From: Dehalococcoidia bacterium
GTDB taxonomy: Bacteria; Chloroflexota; Dehalococcoidia; Bin125
Length of the DNA stretch: 64,000 nucleotides
Assembly (NCBI GenBank): GCA_963662615.2
Contig: CAXXSR010000001.1
Span: 1,664,001 to 1,728,000 of the forward strand
Reading direction: 5' to 3'
Part shown: in pieces, positions 38,649-49,315 of the stretch
How the letters are laid out: the number at the start of each line of letters is the position of its first letter
Position numbering within the stretch: position 1 is the stretch's first letter
Program-made: the position numbers and the translations under genes
Notes under the pieces: generated by a model
What the model was told of the DNA's origin: nothing
Seen by the model: only the letters and a program-made list of their open reading frames with translations
The model's database searches: none

Positions 38649-39344
38649 TTACGCGTAGATGCTGGGGTCCGCCGCTTGGGCGAAGAATCCGGGCGCCAGC
38701 CCCGCGGCGTTGGCAAGCAACGACATGATGACGGCGAAGAGGCTGAATCCGGCGATGTTGGCGACCAGGACCTCCTTGCGCGTGGCATCCGGCACGGCCG
38801 ACTCCAGCGCGGCATTGCTCATGGCGAACCAGGCCATCATGGACAGCAGGCCCACAGCGAAGCTCACCGCGGGGATGACCATGAGCAGCGTCGCCGCGGC
38901 TGGGAGTGTGGCGTAGCCCATGGTGCGGAGCAAGCGAGCACGATCCGCGCCGCGGTTGAACACGGCGGTGAGGGTGAGATGCGCGATCACGACCCAGCCA
39001 AGCCAGAGCGCGAAGGCAAACGTGGCGCCCAGGAGGAACTCACGCACGGCAATGCGGCCCGCGGAGAGCCCGTCGACATCGATGATCAGCCAGAGCCACC
39101 CGCCCACGGCCGAGAGCAGCACGGCGATGACGGCGATGAGGATGGCGGCCAACGTCTGCGAAGTGTCGTCGCGGACCTCTGCGAAGACGGTGGGATCGAA
39201 CCGGCTGAGGCGGCGCACGCGGTCGATCATGGCCCGCAGGTCGACGACTTGATCAGAGGGCCGCGGCGACAGCGAGCGGCACGGCGGGCTGCCAGGGCCA
39301 GGCCGTTCACCGCCGATGCGATCATCGGCGCTGACTTTGGCCAT
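38649..39344 (-). CDS. Yip1-like membrane protein (start may be 39230)
   Basis: About five hydrophobic helices; FDPTVFAEV...TSQ and LLRTMGYA patterns. Confidence 0.65.
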   Translation of the reverse strand: MAKVSADDRIGGERPGPGSPPCRSLSPRPSDQVVDLRAMIDRVRRLSRFDPTVFAEVRDDTSQTLAAILIAVIAVLLSAVGGWLWLIIDVDGLSAGRIAVREFLLGATFAFALWLGWVVIAHLTLTAVFNRGADRARLLRTMGYATLPAAATLLMVIPAVSFAVGLLSMMAWFAMSNAALESAVPDATRKEVLVANIAGFSLFAVIMSLLANAAGLAPGFFAQAADPSIYA

Positions 39345-39463
39345 GGGTCACCTCACGGCCTTGGGTCCACCCGTGACTCGCCAAGAACCACACTACGCGC
39401 GTCCCCAAGGCGCGTCAACGCGCCGGAGCCTTTCGCAGATGAGCGCAGAAGCACGCGGCCGAG

Positions 39464-40261
39464 CTACGCTCCGGGGAGCAGGTCAAGCTTCCCCTCTTCC
39501 CCCCACTGCAGCGCGCAGCCGATGCGGGCGAGCTGGGTCAAGGTTTCACCGAACAGCCGATGCAACGCGACTAGGAACGTTGCGTCCTTGATCACGCCGC
39601 CGGTCTCGAAGCCAAGCCTGTTCAGCGCGAACGGCGACACGGGGCTGTTGGCACCGACTATTTTGCTTTCCAGGCGCCCATACTCGTGATCCGAAGCCGG
39701 AGAGCCGGGCGAGGACCAGGCCCCTGTGAGGCATCGCCGAACCTGGTCACGAAGAGTCGGGCTCGAGAAGAGCCGCCGCGCCAGCTGCCCGTCGCTTCGC
39801 TCGACAATGAAGCGGCGATCGAATTCGAGATCCCCCACCCCCATGCCTTGCGCGCGCGCCTGTCTCGCCAGGGGGCCAATGGAACCGGCTCTGCCGACCT
39901 TGAACTGGATGGGGTTCGCGCTGCGATAGTGGGCCACCACGCGGGTGCACCTCGCGGTCGCTGGTTCACCTCTCCCGAAATCTTGCGTGACGGTGTCCAG
40001 CGTCAGCGACCAGGGACCGACGGGCGCAACCACCCTTCGGTCCGTGGTCCTGAAGATCCATTGCTGATGCTCCTCGACAATGAGTTTCCCGCCTACCGTC
40101 GCGGCGAACTCGCGCAGGATGTCCACCTCGCTCTCCCAGGGGATGTTGTGGCGAGGCGCGTTTCGCAGCGCCGCGGCAAGGATCGCCTCCTCGTTCGCCG
40201 CGCTCGCTTCTGCGTCCGCTCCGCTGTTCATGGCCGTAGTCGATCTCCCGCTCTGCGCCAT
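39464..40261 (-). CDS. Hypothetical protein
   Basis: Long ORF with normal composition from ATG 40261; LEFDRRFIVE segment; no family recognised. Confidence 0.5.
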   Translation of the reverse strand: MAQSGRSTTAMNSGADAEASAANEEAILAAALRNAPRHNIPWESEVDILREFAATVGGKLIVEEHQQWIFRTTDRRVVAPVGPWSLTLDTVTQDFGRGEPATARCTRVVAHYRSANPIQFKVGRAGSIGPLARQARAQGMGVGDLEFDRRFIVERSDGQLARRLFSSPTLRDQVRRCLTGAWSSPGSPASDHEYGRLESKIVGANSPVSPFALNRLGFETGGVIKDATFLVALHRLFGETLTQLARIGCALQWGEEGKLDLLPGA

Positions 40262-40666
40262 GCTAGCGCGCGTGCGCTCGCCCAAACCGCCGAGCCGGCC
40301 ATTGTGCACCGCGTCACTGCCCTGCCGCCCGCCCCTTGTACCACTTCCCAAGTGAGTGCCAGGACCGTTCTGCGAGCCCAGGGGACGGGGTGTGGATGCG
40401 AGATCTCCGAGGCGGCCGACAGCCCACGGTATTGGACTGCGCGAGAGAGCGAAGTGGGAGTAGTACATCGGGGTGGAGGTCGGTTGGTCCGGTCTTCTAC
40501 CGGTTCTTGCCCAGCACCGTGAGGGATCCAATTCCTCCATAGGCGCACCAGATCTCGGGCGGTACAGTCCCTTCGAGCGCAGTACGGTGATGGAAGCAGC
40601 GTATCTGCCGCGGTCGGACGAAGGTCGCTCATGGACGACGACTGTGAGAGCAACCGTAAGGGCGCT

Positions 40667-41990
40667 ATGGCAGCTGAGAAGCTAGGGATGGTTGTTGGCG
40701 GAGGCCCGGCGCCAGGAATCAACGGTGTGATTGCGGCGGCGGGCCTTGAGGCCTTGAATCGCGGGGTGGTGCCCGTCGGCTTCTACGACGGTTTCCTGCA
40801 CCTGACCGCCGATCATTTCGACCCAGACCAACACACGACCGCGCTCTCGTTCGGGTTGTTGAGCCGGATCCATTTTGAAGGAGGGTCCGTCCTTCGGACA
40901 GCGCGAACGCACCTGCTTGACCAGCGTCAGCTCGCGAAATCGCCCGTTGTCCGAGCAGATCCGGAATAAGGTCGCCCGCGTGCGCGAGCGGCTGCTGTCC
41001 ATGGGGGTGACGCGGCTGCTCACAATTGGCGGAGATGATACGGCCTTGAGCGCGCGGTTTCTGGCTGAGGCCTCCGACGAGTCCCTCCGCGTTGTGCACG
41101 TTCCCAAGACTATCGACAACGATCTTCCCCTGCCCGGCGACATTCCGACATTCGGGTTCGCCACCGCTCGTCATGCGGGTGCAGAGATCGTGACAAATCT
41201 CATGAACGACGCGCAGACCTCGCCGCGCTGGTATGTCGTTGTCACGATGGGCAGAAATGCTGGATTCCTGGCGCTCGGGATCGGGAAGGCAGTAGGCGCA
41301 ACGGTGACGTTGATCCCTGAGGAATTCGCGGAGAATACGACCCTCGAAGAGATCGCCGACATCCTGGAGACGTCGATCCTCAAGCGCCGAGTCCTAGGCC
41401 GCCCAGACGGTGTCGCCATCCTCGCCGAAGGCCTCGCTTACAGGCTCGGCGATCGCTCTGAGATCGCCCGATTGATCGGGCGAGACGTGCCCGTCGATGC
41501 CGCCGGACATCCGCAACTTTCGCAAGTACCGCTCGCCCGGCTGGTGGTCGACGTCCTGTCGCAGCGGTTCGGCGCACGCGGCGATTCGCTGCCGATCATC
41601 GGCCACACGCTGGGATGGGAGCTCCGCAGCGCACGGCCACTCACCTCAGACCTGTCATACACGCGAGACTTGGGACACGGCGGCGTGCGGCTTCTTTGCG
41701 ATCCACCCGCGGGACTGCCCACCGGCGCGATGGTCACCATTCAAGGAGGCAATCTCGTGCCGGTTCCGTTCAGTGCAATGATCGACCCCACGACCAACCG
41801 GACACGCATCCGGCAGGTGGATCTCAAGAGCTACACCTATTCCGTGGCGCACGCGTACATGATCCGGCTCACAGCAGCCGACCTTGATTCTCAAGAGCTG
41901 CTCGCAGCACTGGCGAAGGAGGGCGGTTTGACCACCCGTCAATTCCGCGATCGCTTCGGCTACCTCGTCGCCCCCGCGGAGACGCAATGA
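40667..41990 (+). CDS. pfp: Pyrophosphate-dependent phosphofructokinase, apparent +1 frameshift at ~40966
   Basis: GGGPAPGING and GGSVLRTAR lie in one frame, which ends at TAA 40967-40969. TIGGDDT, PKTIDNDL and MGRNAG lie in the next. GGDD indicates the PPi type. Confidence 0.85.
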
Positions 41991-43357
41991 TGGTCGTTCC
42001 CTCTCGCCGGCGCGCTATCTACGGCCTGGCGCTGATTCTTTCGCTCGGTGCGCTGCTGGCGGGGGCGTGCGGTGGCAGTGGCGGTGGCAGGGGCGATGTC
42101 GAGCCGGCTCAAGAGCCAGCAGCCGTCGCGGCGCGGCCGGAGGTGGACGAGCAGGCAGCCGCTGACGAACAAGCGGCAGAGCCCGCGCCCGCCCCAGCCG
42201 ACAACGACACCCTGGACATGGGGGCGCCCGGCCCGGATTCGGCGGAACTCTCCATGGGCGAGGCGGCGCTGGGAGGCCAATCGATCACGCGGGCGATCGC
42301 GCGGGACCTCCTGGCCTCCGTCCCGGCAGAGGGGGCCGCCTGGGTGGCATACGCCATTGAGATGGCCCCCGGGGTGTCGGTCACCGTCGAGCATGAAGCC
42401 GCGTTCCTGTACGCAGTCGAGGGCACGGTGCAGGTCGAGACGGGCGGGATCGAGCAGTCGCTCCAGACCGCTGCCGGGACATTCATCCAAGAAGGCGAGT
42501 CGGCGCGAGTCACCGCGGGGCCCGCGGGCGCCGTCATTTGGGATATCCGCTTGGCGCCGGCGGACGGGCAGGCTCCAACCCCGGACGCAAGGCTCGTATT
42601 TGTGAGTGAGCCCTTGCACGACATCCCGCCCGCACCGCTCGTCATCCTCGCCGAGGTGATCGTCCCGAGCGGCGGACTCACGGTTGTCCACACGCACCCA
42701 GGCCCGGAGTTCATCTACGTCACGAGCGGCGTGATCGACTATCAGAACGCCAACAAGCTGTCGGAGGGCGTTGGCGTCGGCACCGCCGAGACGATCGGTG
42801 CGAACGTCGCGGTGCAGAAGCGCAATCCGTACCCGCAAGAGGCCGCCTTCCTCTCGCTCTTCCTTCTCGACGCGGCGCAGGAGTTCGCAACGCCCGCCCG
42901 ATTTGGCGATGCGGATGCGGACGCAGCCGGGGAGCGCAACCTGGCCGCGGCCGCCGAGGGCGCGCGTATCTCTGGCGTCAGCTCCAACTTTGGCGGCGGC
43001 ACGAACGACGCCGTTTGGGGAGCCGCCAGCGCCATTGACGGCGACGCGAGCACGCAGTGGTCGTCCGACGGAGACGGCAACGACGCTTGGATCGAAATTG
43101 AGCTGCCGGTCCGCACCCGTGTAAGGCGCATCGGCTTCTGGACACGCACGATGCAGGCAAGCGCGCAGATCCGCACGTTTCAGATCGTGACGGACGAAGG
43201 GGAGACCGTCGGACCCTTCACGCTCAGGGGCCCGGCGGCCATTGAATACTTCGACACCGACTTCACCGCGACGCGATTCCGGTTCGAAGCGGTCGGGTCG
43301 TCGGGCGGCAATACGGGCGCGGTCGAGGTGGAGGTATACGGAGCCGGGGCCCCCTGA
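41987..43357 (+). CDS. Lipoprotein with tandem cupin domains and a C-terminal F5/8 type C (discoidin) domain
   Basis: Lipobox LAGAC; cupin motif HTHPGPEFIYV; AIDGDASTQWSS...WIEIEL...EVEVYG. Confidence 0.8.
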   Translation: MMVVPSRRRAIYGLALILSLGALLAGACGGSGGGRGDVEPAQEPAAVAARPEVDEQAAADEQAAEPAPAPADNDTLDMGAPGPDSAELSMGEAALGGQSITRAIARDLLASVPAEGAAWVAYAIEMAPGVSVTVEHEAAFLYAVEGTVQVETGGIEQSLQTAAGTFIQEGESARVTAGPAGAVIWDIRLAPADGQAPTPDARLVFVSEPLHDIPPAPLVILAEVIVPSGGLTVVHTHPGPEFIYVTSGVIDYQNANKLSEGVGVGTAETIGANVAVQKRNPYPQEAAFLSLFLLDAAQEFATPARFGDADADAAGERNLAAAAEGARISGVSSNFGGGTNDAVWGAASAIDGDASTQWSSDGDGNDAWIEIELPVRTRVRRIGFWTRTMQASAQIRTFQIVTDEGETVGPFTLRGPAAIEYFDTDFTATRFRFEAVGSSGGNTGAVEVEVYGAGAP

Positions 43358-43607
43358 GGTCGGAGGATCGGCATGGGGATGTCGACCGCATATGGAAGCG
43401 CCCTCTTTCCCGGCCGAGCACTGGACTCCTGGAGATCCAGGTCACCGCGCTAACGCGCGACTGGCTCTTGACCGTATTCCCTGATCTTCCCGCTCTTCCG
43501 CGCCGTTGAGGTTCCCGGTCATCCTGCGAGTTCGCCGCCCCGTTCCGGATAGACGCCGCAACGGTGTTATTGCGACACTCGCTCCTGGAGCGACCGAAAG
43601 AGGCGCC

Positions 43608-44678
43608 ATGGGCAGCGTACGCAGCCATCCCCTCGACCCTCGCTGGCAAGCCGTCCTCGCCCGCGACCCCGCCGCCGACGGCGCCTTCGTCTACGCCGTC
43701 CGGTCCACCGGAATCTACTGTCGCCCCACTTGCCCCAGCCGGCGCCCCTCCCCTGGGCAGGTCGCCTTCTACCCCAGCCCGGACGCCGCGCGGGCCGCCG
43801 ACTTCCGCCCCTGCAAGCGCTGCCGTCCCGACGACGCCACCCCCTCGGACCTCGATCGGGTTCGGCGAGCGTGTCGTCTCCTCCACGCCGCGGGCGACTC
43901 GTCCCCTACGCTCCCTGCCCTTGCCACGGCGGTGGGCACGTCGCCCCGCCGCCTCCGGCGCGCCTTCATCCGCCTGCTCGGTGTCACGCCCCGGCAGTAC
44001 GGACAGGCGTTGCGCCTCAGTCGGTTCAAAGCGCTCAGCAATGGCGCTCGGGCCACCGTCACCGACTCGCTCTATGCCGCCGGCTACTCCTCACCGTCGC
44101 GCCTCTACGAGATCGCCAGCGGCGCGCTGGGCATGACGCCCGACGCCTACCGTCGCGGCGCCCCGGGGCTCACCATCCGCTACACCACCGCGCGATCTCC
44201 CGTGGGCAGGGTGCTCCTGGCCGCCACGGACCGTGGCATCTGCGCGCTCTCCCTTGGTGACCACACCGCTCCCGCACCCCTGCTCGACGAGCTGCGGCGC
44301 GAGTTCCCCCGCGCCCACATCGAGTCGGACAACGGCACCCTCACTCCTTGGCTTCACCTCGTCCTGCGCCATCTGGAGGGGAAGGCGCCGGCGCTTGAGC
44401 TTCCTCTCCACATCCGCGCCACCGCCTTCCAGCGCCTGGTTTGGCAGGAGCTGCAGCGCATTCCCCGTGGGGGGACGCGGAGCTATACGCAGATCGCCGC
44501 CGCCCTGGGCCGGCCGCAATCGGCTCGCGCCGTGGGCCGCGCCTGCGCGACCAACCCCGTCTCACTCGCCATCCCGTGCCATCGTGCCGTTCGTGCCGAC
44601 GGCGATCTGGCCGGCTACCGATGGGGCCTCCCCCGCAAGCGATCCCTTCTCCGTCGCGAAGCCCGAGAAGCCGAGTAG
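43608..44678 (+). CDS. ada: Bifunctional Ada regulator / O6-methylguanine-DNA methyltransferase
   Basis: STGIYCRPTCPSR, FRPCKRC, AraC HTH, RAVGRAC and IPCHRAV motifs. Confidence 0.95.
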   Translation: MGSVRSHPLDPRWQAVLARDPAADGAFVYAVRSTGIYCRPTCPSRRPSPGQVAFYPSPDAARAADFRPCKRCRPDDATPSDLDRVRRACRLLHAAGDSSPTLPALATAVGTSPRRLRRAFIRLLGVTPRQYGQALRLSRFKALSNGARATVTDSLYAAGYSSPSRLYEIASGALGMTPDAYRRGAPGLTIRYTTARSPVGRVLLAATDRGICALSLGDHTAPAPLLDELRREFPRAHIESDNGTLTPWLHLVLRHLEGKAPALELPLHIRATAFQRLVWQELQRIPRGGTRSYTQIAAALGRPQSARAVGRACATNPVSLAIPCHRAVRADGDLAGYRWGLPRKRSLLRREAREAE

Positions 44679-44957
44679 CGCCCTCCGATCGTAGGCTGCT
44701 GCCGCAGGCGATCCACTCCCCGGCGCCGCACGAGATCGAGGATGAACTCTGCGGCCACAAGACGTCTTTCTATCCACGAGAAGGGAGGCGTGGCTCAGCA
44801 CCAGCCGCGAGGCGAGCTTTCGCTCACGGGGCGCTGCGACGTCGCTTCGCGTCGAAGGCGCAGCGTGCCGCGCTCGCGCAGGAACAGCGCCCCGTGAGCG
44901 GCTTGAGCTGGGAATCAGGCTCCGTCACACGCGAGCGCTTGGAGTCGCGAGGGCGCC

Positions 44958-45998
44958 TCAGGGCGAGCCAATCTCTTCGCGCACGAGAGCCGCGCCGTCA
45001 ACCAGCGCCCGGAGCTTGCCGCGGGCTACGTGGCGCGCAAGCGGCACCATCCCGCAGTTCGTGCAGGGGATAATCCGCTCGGCGGGCACATAGGCCATGG
45101 CCTCACGGATATTCTCTGCCACTTGCGTGGGCGTCTCGATCTCGTTGCTAGCCACATCGATCACGCCCAGCATGACATCCTTGCCTTTCAACAGCTCCAG
45201 CAGCGGCAATGGAACTCTGGAGCCCGCGCACTCGACGGATACCTGGTCAATTTGGCTCTTGGCGAGAAGGGGGAAGGTTCGCTCATACTGGCGCCACTCC
45301 TGTCCGAGTGTCCCTTTCCAAGCGATGTTCTCCTCGATCCCATAGCCGTAGCAGATGTGAACCGCAGTCAAGCAGCGAATGCCTTCGAGAGCCCGGTGCA
45401 AGGCGTCGATCCCCCAGTCCGCCACATCATCCAAGTAGACGTTAAATGCGGGTTCATCAAGTTGAATGACGTCCACGCCAAGGGCCTCTAATTCGTGCGC
45501 CTCGTCATTAATAAGGCGAGCGAACTCCATGGCGAGACGGGGGCGGTCGCGGTAATACTCGTCGGCGACAGTGTCCACGATGGTCATGGGGCCGGGGATG
45601 GTGAACTTCAGCTTTTTGGCGGTCTGGGCACGGGTAAACCGGACCTCGTCGGCGTGAACCGGCGATGGACGCGCAATTGGCCCCACCACGGTGGGGCAGT
45701 CGGCTTCATAGCGGTCGTCCCGGATGCCGATGCGCTGGCGTTTGGCGAAATCTACGCCGTCGATGTGCTCCACGAAGCCATGGACGAAGTGCTGGCGGAA
45801 CTGTTCGCCGTTGCTCACGATGTCGATGCCAACCGTCTCTTGCTCCTTGAGCGCAATCAGCGCGGCATCCCGCTTGGCCTGCTCAAGCGCCTCACCGGAG
45901 TGCCACCACGGCGCCCAAAGCTTCTCCGGATCTGCGAGCCAGGCCGGCTTGGGAAGACTTCCCGCGATTGTGGTTGGCAACATGCTGGTCTTCTCCAT
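44958..45998 (-). CDS. Cobalamin-independent methionine synthase-like protein (catalytic domain only)
   Basis: TTIAGSLPKP, IQLDEP, HICYGY and CTNCG (Zn ligands); about 346 aa. Confidence 0.88.
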   Translation of the reverse strand: MEKTSMLPTTIAGSLPKPAWLADPEKLWAPWWHSGEALEQAKRDAALIALKEQETVGIDIVSNGEQFRQHFVHGFVEHIDGVDFAKRQRIGIRDDRYEADCPTVVGPIARPSPVHADEVRFTRAQTAKKLKFTIPGPMTIVDTVADEYYRDRPRLAMEFARLINDEAHELEALGVDVIQLDEPAFNVYLDDVADWGIDALHRALEGIRCLTAVHICYGYGIEENIAWKGTLGQEWRQYERTFPLLAKSQIDQVSVECAGSRVPLPLLELLKGKDVMLGVIDVASNEIETPTQVAENIREAMAYVPAERIIPCTNCGMVPLARHVARGKLRALVDGAALVREEIGSP

Positions 45999-46536
45999 CA
46001 ATCAGAACGCCCAGACGGCACCGCCGCGGCGGGGGCGAGTCGCTCCTGACGTTGGTGACGTTCGCACCCGTCAGCCTCAGATCGGTTCCACGCCCGTCTC
46101 CATTTTAATCCATGGCCTGCGTCAGCCGAGACGTTCCGGCGCTCCGGCTATCCAGAGGCGAATGCTCTATCGGGCAGCCCTGTTCGACATTCAGCCGATC
46201 ACGCCGATCGACGCCTCAGACCGCCCGGGACCTCCAGCAGTATCGGACGGCGAGTGCATCGAGCGCCGGCGTTCGGCTGGGTTGCCAAGTGGATCGCATT
46301 GTGTTATGTAAAGGACTCTCGCAAGGGTTGCGCCTAGCGGCGTAGTGTAGCAGCGGTTCGGGACCGCGCCAAAGAACGAGGCGAAGGATCAGCTGAGGTC
46401 CGTCCCCGGCCGGGCCGATGGGAGGGCCGGTTCAGAACAGCATCAACGAGGAGGGCGAATAGACGAAGAGTTTGCCCGACAGATCACGCGGAACCACGTG
46501 GTGACAGACAGCAAGGAAGAGAGAAGGAGGCCGAAC

Positions 46537-48000
46537 ATGGAGCGACGTTTTTGGCGAGTGAGGAGGCTATCGGTTTTCGCCCTCCTCGCACTGATCGCCT
46601 TGGCCATGGCCCTGGCCGCGGCCTGCGGGGATGACGATGACGACGGGGCCCAGCCCGCGGCCGCCGCCGCGCCGGCCGCCCAGCCGGAGCCCGCGCCGGC
46701 CGCCCAGGTGGAGCCCGCACCGGCCGGCGAGCCGGCGCCCGCGGCGGCCGCCCAGAAGACGGCCACGCTTCGGGTCGGCGCGATCATGCCGCTGACCGGC
46801 GGTGGCCTGGCCTTCTACGGGCTCTCCGAAATGACCGGGCTCCGCATGGCCGTTGATATGATCAACACGGGTGAGGCCCGCTGCGTGGCGTCGGGAATCT
46901 GCGAGCCCGGCGGCGGATTCCTCGTTGGCGACACCGTGTACAGCATTGAGCTGGTGGAGCGCGACAACCGTTCCGACCTCAACCTCGCCGTCACCGCCAC
47001 GGCGGAGCTAATTCGGGACGAAGGGCTGAAGGTCATCTTCGGTCCGATCCCGCATGGCGAGGGGCTGGCGGCGCAGGAGATCAGCCAGCCGGCGGAGGTG
47101 CTGCACCTGATGTCGCTGAGCATCCTCAGCTCGCCGGATGGGGTCCTGACGCCGGAGTCGGCCCAGGGCGACAAGAAGTGGCTCTTCCAGACGGAGCCGG
47201 CCGAGGCCGTCCGCAGCACCATCACGGCCGCGGGCGTCCTCGATCTGCTGGGCGCGCAGCCCGGCGACCTGTCCATGGTCTTTGCGACCGACGACCCGTC
47301 CGGGGTGTTCCTGGGCGAGTTCTACAACGACGTCCTGGAGGCGTTGGGGCAAGAGACCAAAGAGGTGATCTACTACCCGCCGGCGATGACCGACTTCTCG
47401 GCGTTGCTGACGCGGATCAAGGCTGACGAGCCCGACTTCTTGCACGTCTGGTACATCGCGGCGATCTCGGCCTTGATCATGCCCCAGGCGCTCGACCTGG
47501 AGGTGGCGACTAAGGGCTACATGGTCATCGGCCCCGACCCCGGCTGGTGGGCCGAGAACCTCGGCATCGACAACGAGATCCCGGTGGCCCTCGCCTGCAT
47601 CAACGTCTGCCGCGACATACCGACTGGTTTCGACAAGGCGGTGGCGACGGGGTACATGTCCGCCATAGACGAGTGGGAGTGCGGCGGCCGGTGTGACCCG
47701 TACGGCATTACCGACATCTCGCTGTGGACGCACGATTACGTCTTCATGATGGCGAAGGCGATGCAGGTCGCGGGGACGGTGGACGACACCACCGCGATCG
47801 CCAACGCGCTGGAAGTGATTGAGTACGACGGCGTGCTGGGGCCGCTCAGTTTCGACGAGTACCACCGCGTCGCGCACGGCTACGACACCTGCCTGGTCGG
47901 AGGTGGCGAGATCACCTGCGCGCACTACAGCAACGCGGAGTACGGCCCGGACGCGCTGGGCGTGAACTACGACGCGGCGGGAGCCATCGTCTTGGACTAA
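46537..48000 (+). CDS. Branched-chain amino acid-type ABC transporter substrate-binding lipoprotein (orphan)
   Basis: Lipobox AAAC; RVGAIMPLTG, TDFSALLTRIK and YDGVLGPLSFD motifs. Confidence 0.85.
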   Translation: MERRFWRVRRLSVFALLALIALAMALAAACGDDDDDGAQPAAAAAPAAQPEPAPAAQVEPAPAGEPAPAAAAQKTATLRVGAIMPLTGGGLAFYGLSEMTGLRMAVDMINTGEARCVASGICEPGGGFLVGDTVYSIELVERDNRSDLNLAVTATAELIRDEGLKVIFGPIPHGEGLAAQEISQPAEVLHLMSLSILSSPDGVLTPESAQGDKKWLFQTEPAEAVRSTITAAGVLDLLGAQPGDLSMVFATDDPSGVFLGEFYNDVLEALGQETKEVIYYPPAMTDFSALLTRIKADEPDFLHVWYIAAISALIMPQALDLEVATKGYMVIGPDPGWWAENLGIDNEIPVALACINVCRDIPTGFDKAVATGYMSAIDEWECGGRCDPYGITDISLWTHDYVFMMAKAMQVAGTVDDTTAIANALEVIEYDGVLGPLSFDEYHRVAHGYDTCLVGGGEITCAHYSNAEYGPDALGVNYDAAGAIVLD

Positions 48001-48052
48001 ACCCCGTGCGCTGCCGGCTGTTCACCGGAGCGCTCACCGCAAATCCGCTGCG

Positions 48053-48091
48053 GTCGCCCAGCGCCCGTCATCCCGACGGGCGCTGGGCGAC
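48053..48091. terminator. Perfect 17-bp stem hairpin between convergent genes
   Basis: GTCGCCCAGCGCCCGTC-atccc-GACGGGCGCTGGGCGAC. Confidence 0.75.
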
Positions 48092-48251
48092 TCTCATTCT
48101 CCCGGCCCATTCGGCAAGGTTGCGACCGTCGGTTCAGCCGACATGACCACGGTCTTGTCCCCGGCGTGCCGCCAGGCAATTTCGTTGGGCCCCCAGAGTC
48201 GCCGCAGAATTGCCTGCTTCGCGAAACGAGTGAAGGAGCGAGAGGCCCCGT

Positions 48252-49073
48252 CTAGGGCGGTGCGATGCGGAAGATCGTGGTGTGACGGATCTGTGCCAAC
48301 TCGCAGCCGTCCTCGCCGACGATGAGCGCGTCGAAGACGATCAGGTGGTGGCCCTTGCGCTCGTACGCGGTCACCACGCGCGCACCCGTGGTGACGGCCT
48401 GGCCGGCGGCGGCCGGCGCCAGGAACTGCACCCGGCTCTCCGTGTGGATCGAATGGGGCAGGGTGTGGTTGTGGCGCATGACCGCCTCGCAGCGGTCGGC
48501 GATCCAGGCGGGGTGCAGGCGCGGACGGGCGCTGGTAAACCGCGCATCCTCACCACGCAGCCGCTGCCGGACGAACCGGGCCGCCGCCGTCGGCGTGACC
48601 ACCTCCCGCTGCGCCGCCCAGTCCCGCCCGACCGGCGCGTCTGCCAGCGCCAGCGGCGCCGGTACGGGGGTGGACGGCGCCAGGGGCGTCGCCGGGCGGG
48701 TGAGCTCCCCGAGCCAGGGGGCGTCGCCCAAGCCAAGCCGGCTCACCACGCAGTCCACGCCGTCTTGGTTCGTCATGCGCAGATCGAACGCGCCGGCCTC
48801 GGCCGCGGCGACGCCCACCGCGAGCCGGTCGCCGGGATAGGTTGGCTGACGGAAGCGCACCGTCGCCCAACCCCGGTCGAGCCAGGCGGCGCCGAGCGCA
48901 GCGAGCACCGCCGGCACGCTCCAGCCCCACACCACCACGCCGGCAACGATCGGACCCCGGAATCCGTACTGCCTGGCCACGGCCGTGGAGTGGATCGGAT
49001 TGTCAATGGTGGGGCTGTCCTCGTTATCCAGAAACGCCTCGACGGTGTCGGTCGCGATGGAGCCGGCGGCCAT
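48252..49073 (-). CDS. Double hot-dog (MaoC-like) protein
   Basis: NPIHSTAVARQYGFRGPIVAG, RFRQPTYPGD and YERKGHH motifs. Confidence 0.8.
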   Translation of the reverse strand: MAAGSIATDTVEAFLDNEDSPTIDNPIHSTAVARQYGFRGPIVAGVVVWGWSVPAVLAALGAAWLDRGWATVRFRQPTYPGDRLAVGVAAAEAGAFDLRMTNQDGVDCVVSRLGLGDAPWLGELTRPATPLAPSTPVPAPLALADAPVGRDWAAQREVVTPTAAARFVRQRLRGEDARFTSARPRLHPAWIADRCEAVMRHNHTLPHSIHTESRVQFLAPAAAGQAVTTGARVVTAYERKGHHLIVFDALIVGEDGCELAQIRHTTIFRIAPP

Positions 49074-49315
49074 GGGCTGCTCCTTCCTGCCGTGGCACGC
49101 CCCGCTTCGGATGGCGCGCGGCGGCCCCACGATGGTAACCGGCCACCTCCGCCGGCGTCGGTTGCCGCAGCGGCGGGGCGGCCGGCTCCCCCCATGTTGC
49201 ATGGGGAACGCCATGGGGCATTCATCGAACGGTCCCCGGCGCATCGATAGCCGTCGGATGTCCCGAGCGACGAACCGTTAGCATCCAGGCGCATTCGGTC
49301 AGAGGAGGCGAAATC

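Noticed and set aside
46002-46536. SAM or cobalamin riboswitch upstream of the MetE-like gene
   Set aside because: Only ATCCAGAG resembles SAM-I, on the wrong strand and without the other conserved elements.
48173-48216. 9-bp inverted repeat CAGGCAATT / AATTGCCTG
   Set aside because: Short, with a long spacer, between convergent genes; no further support.
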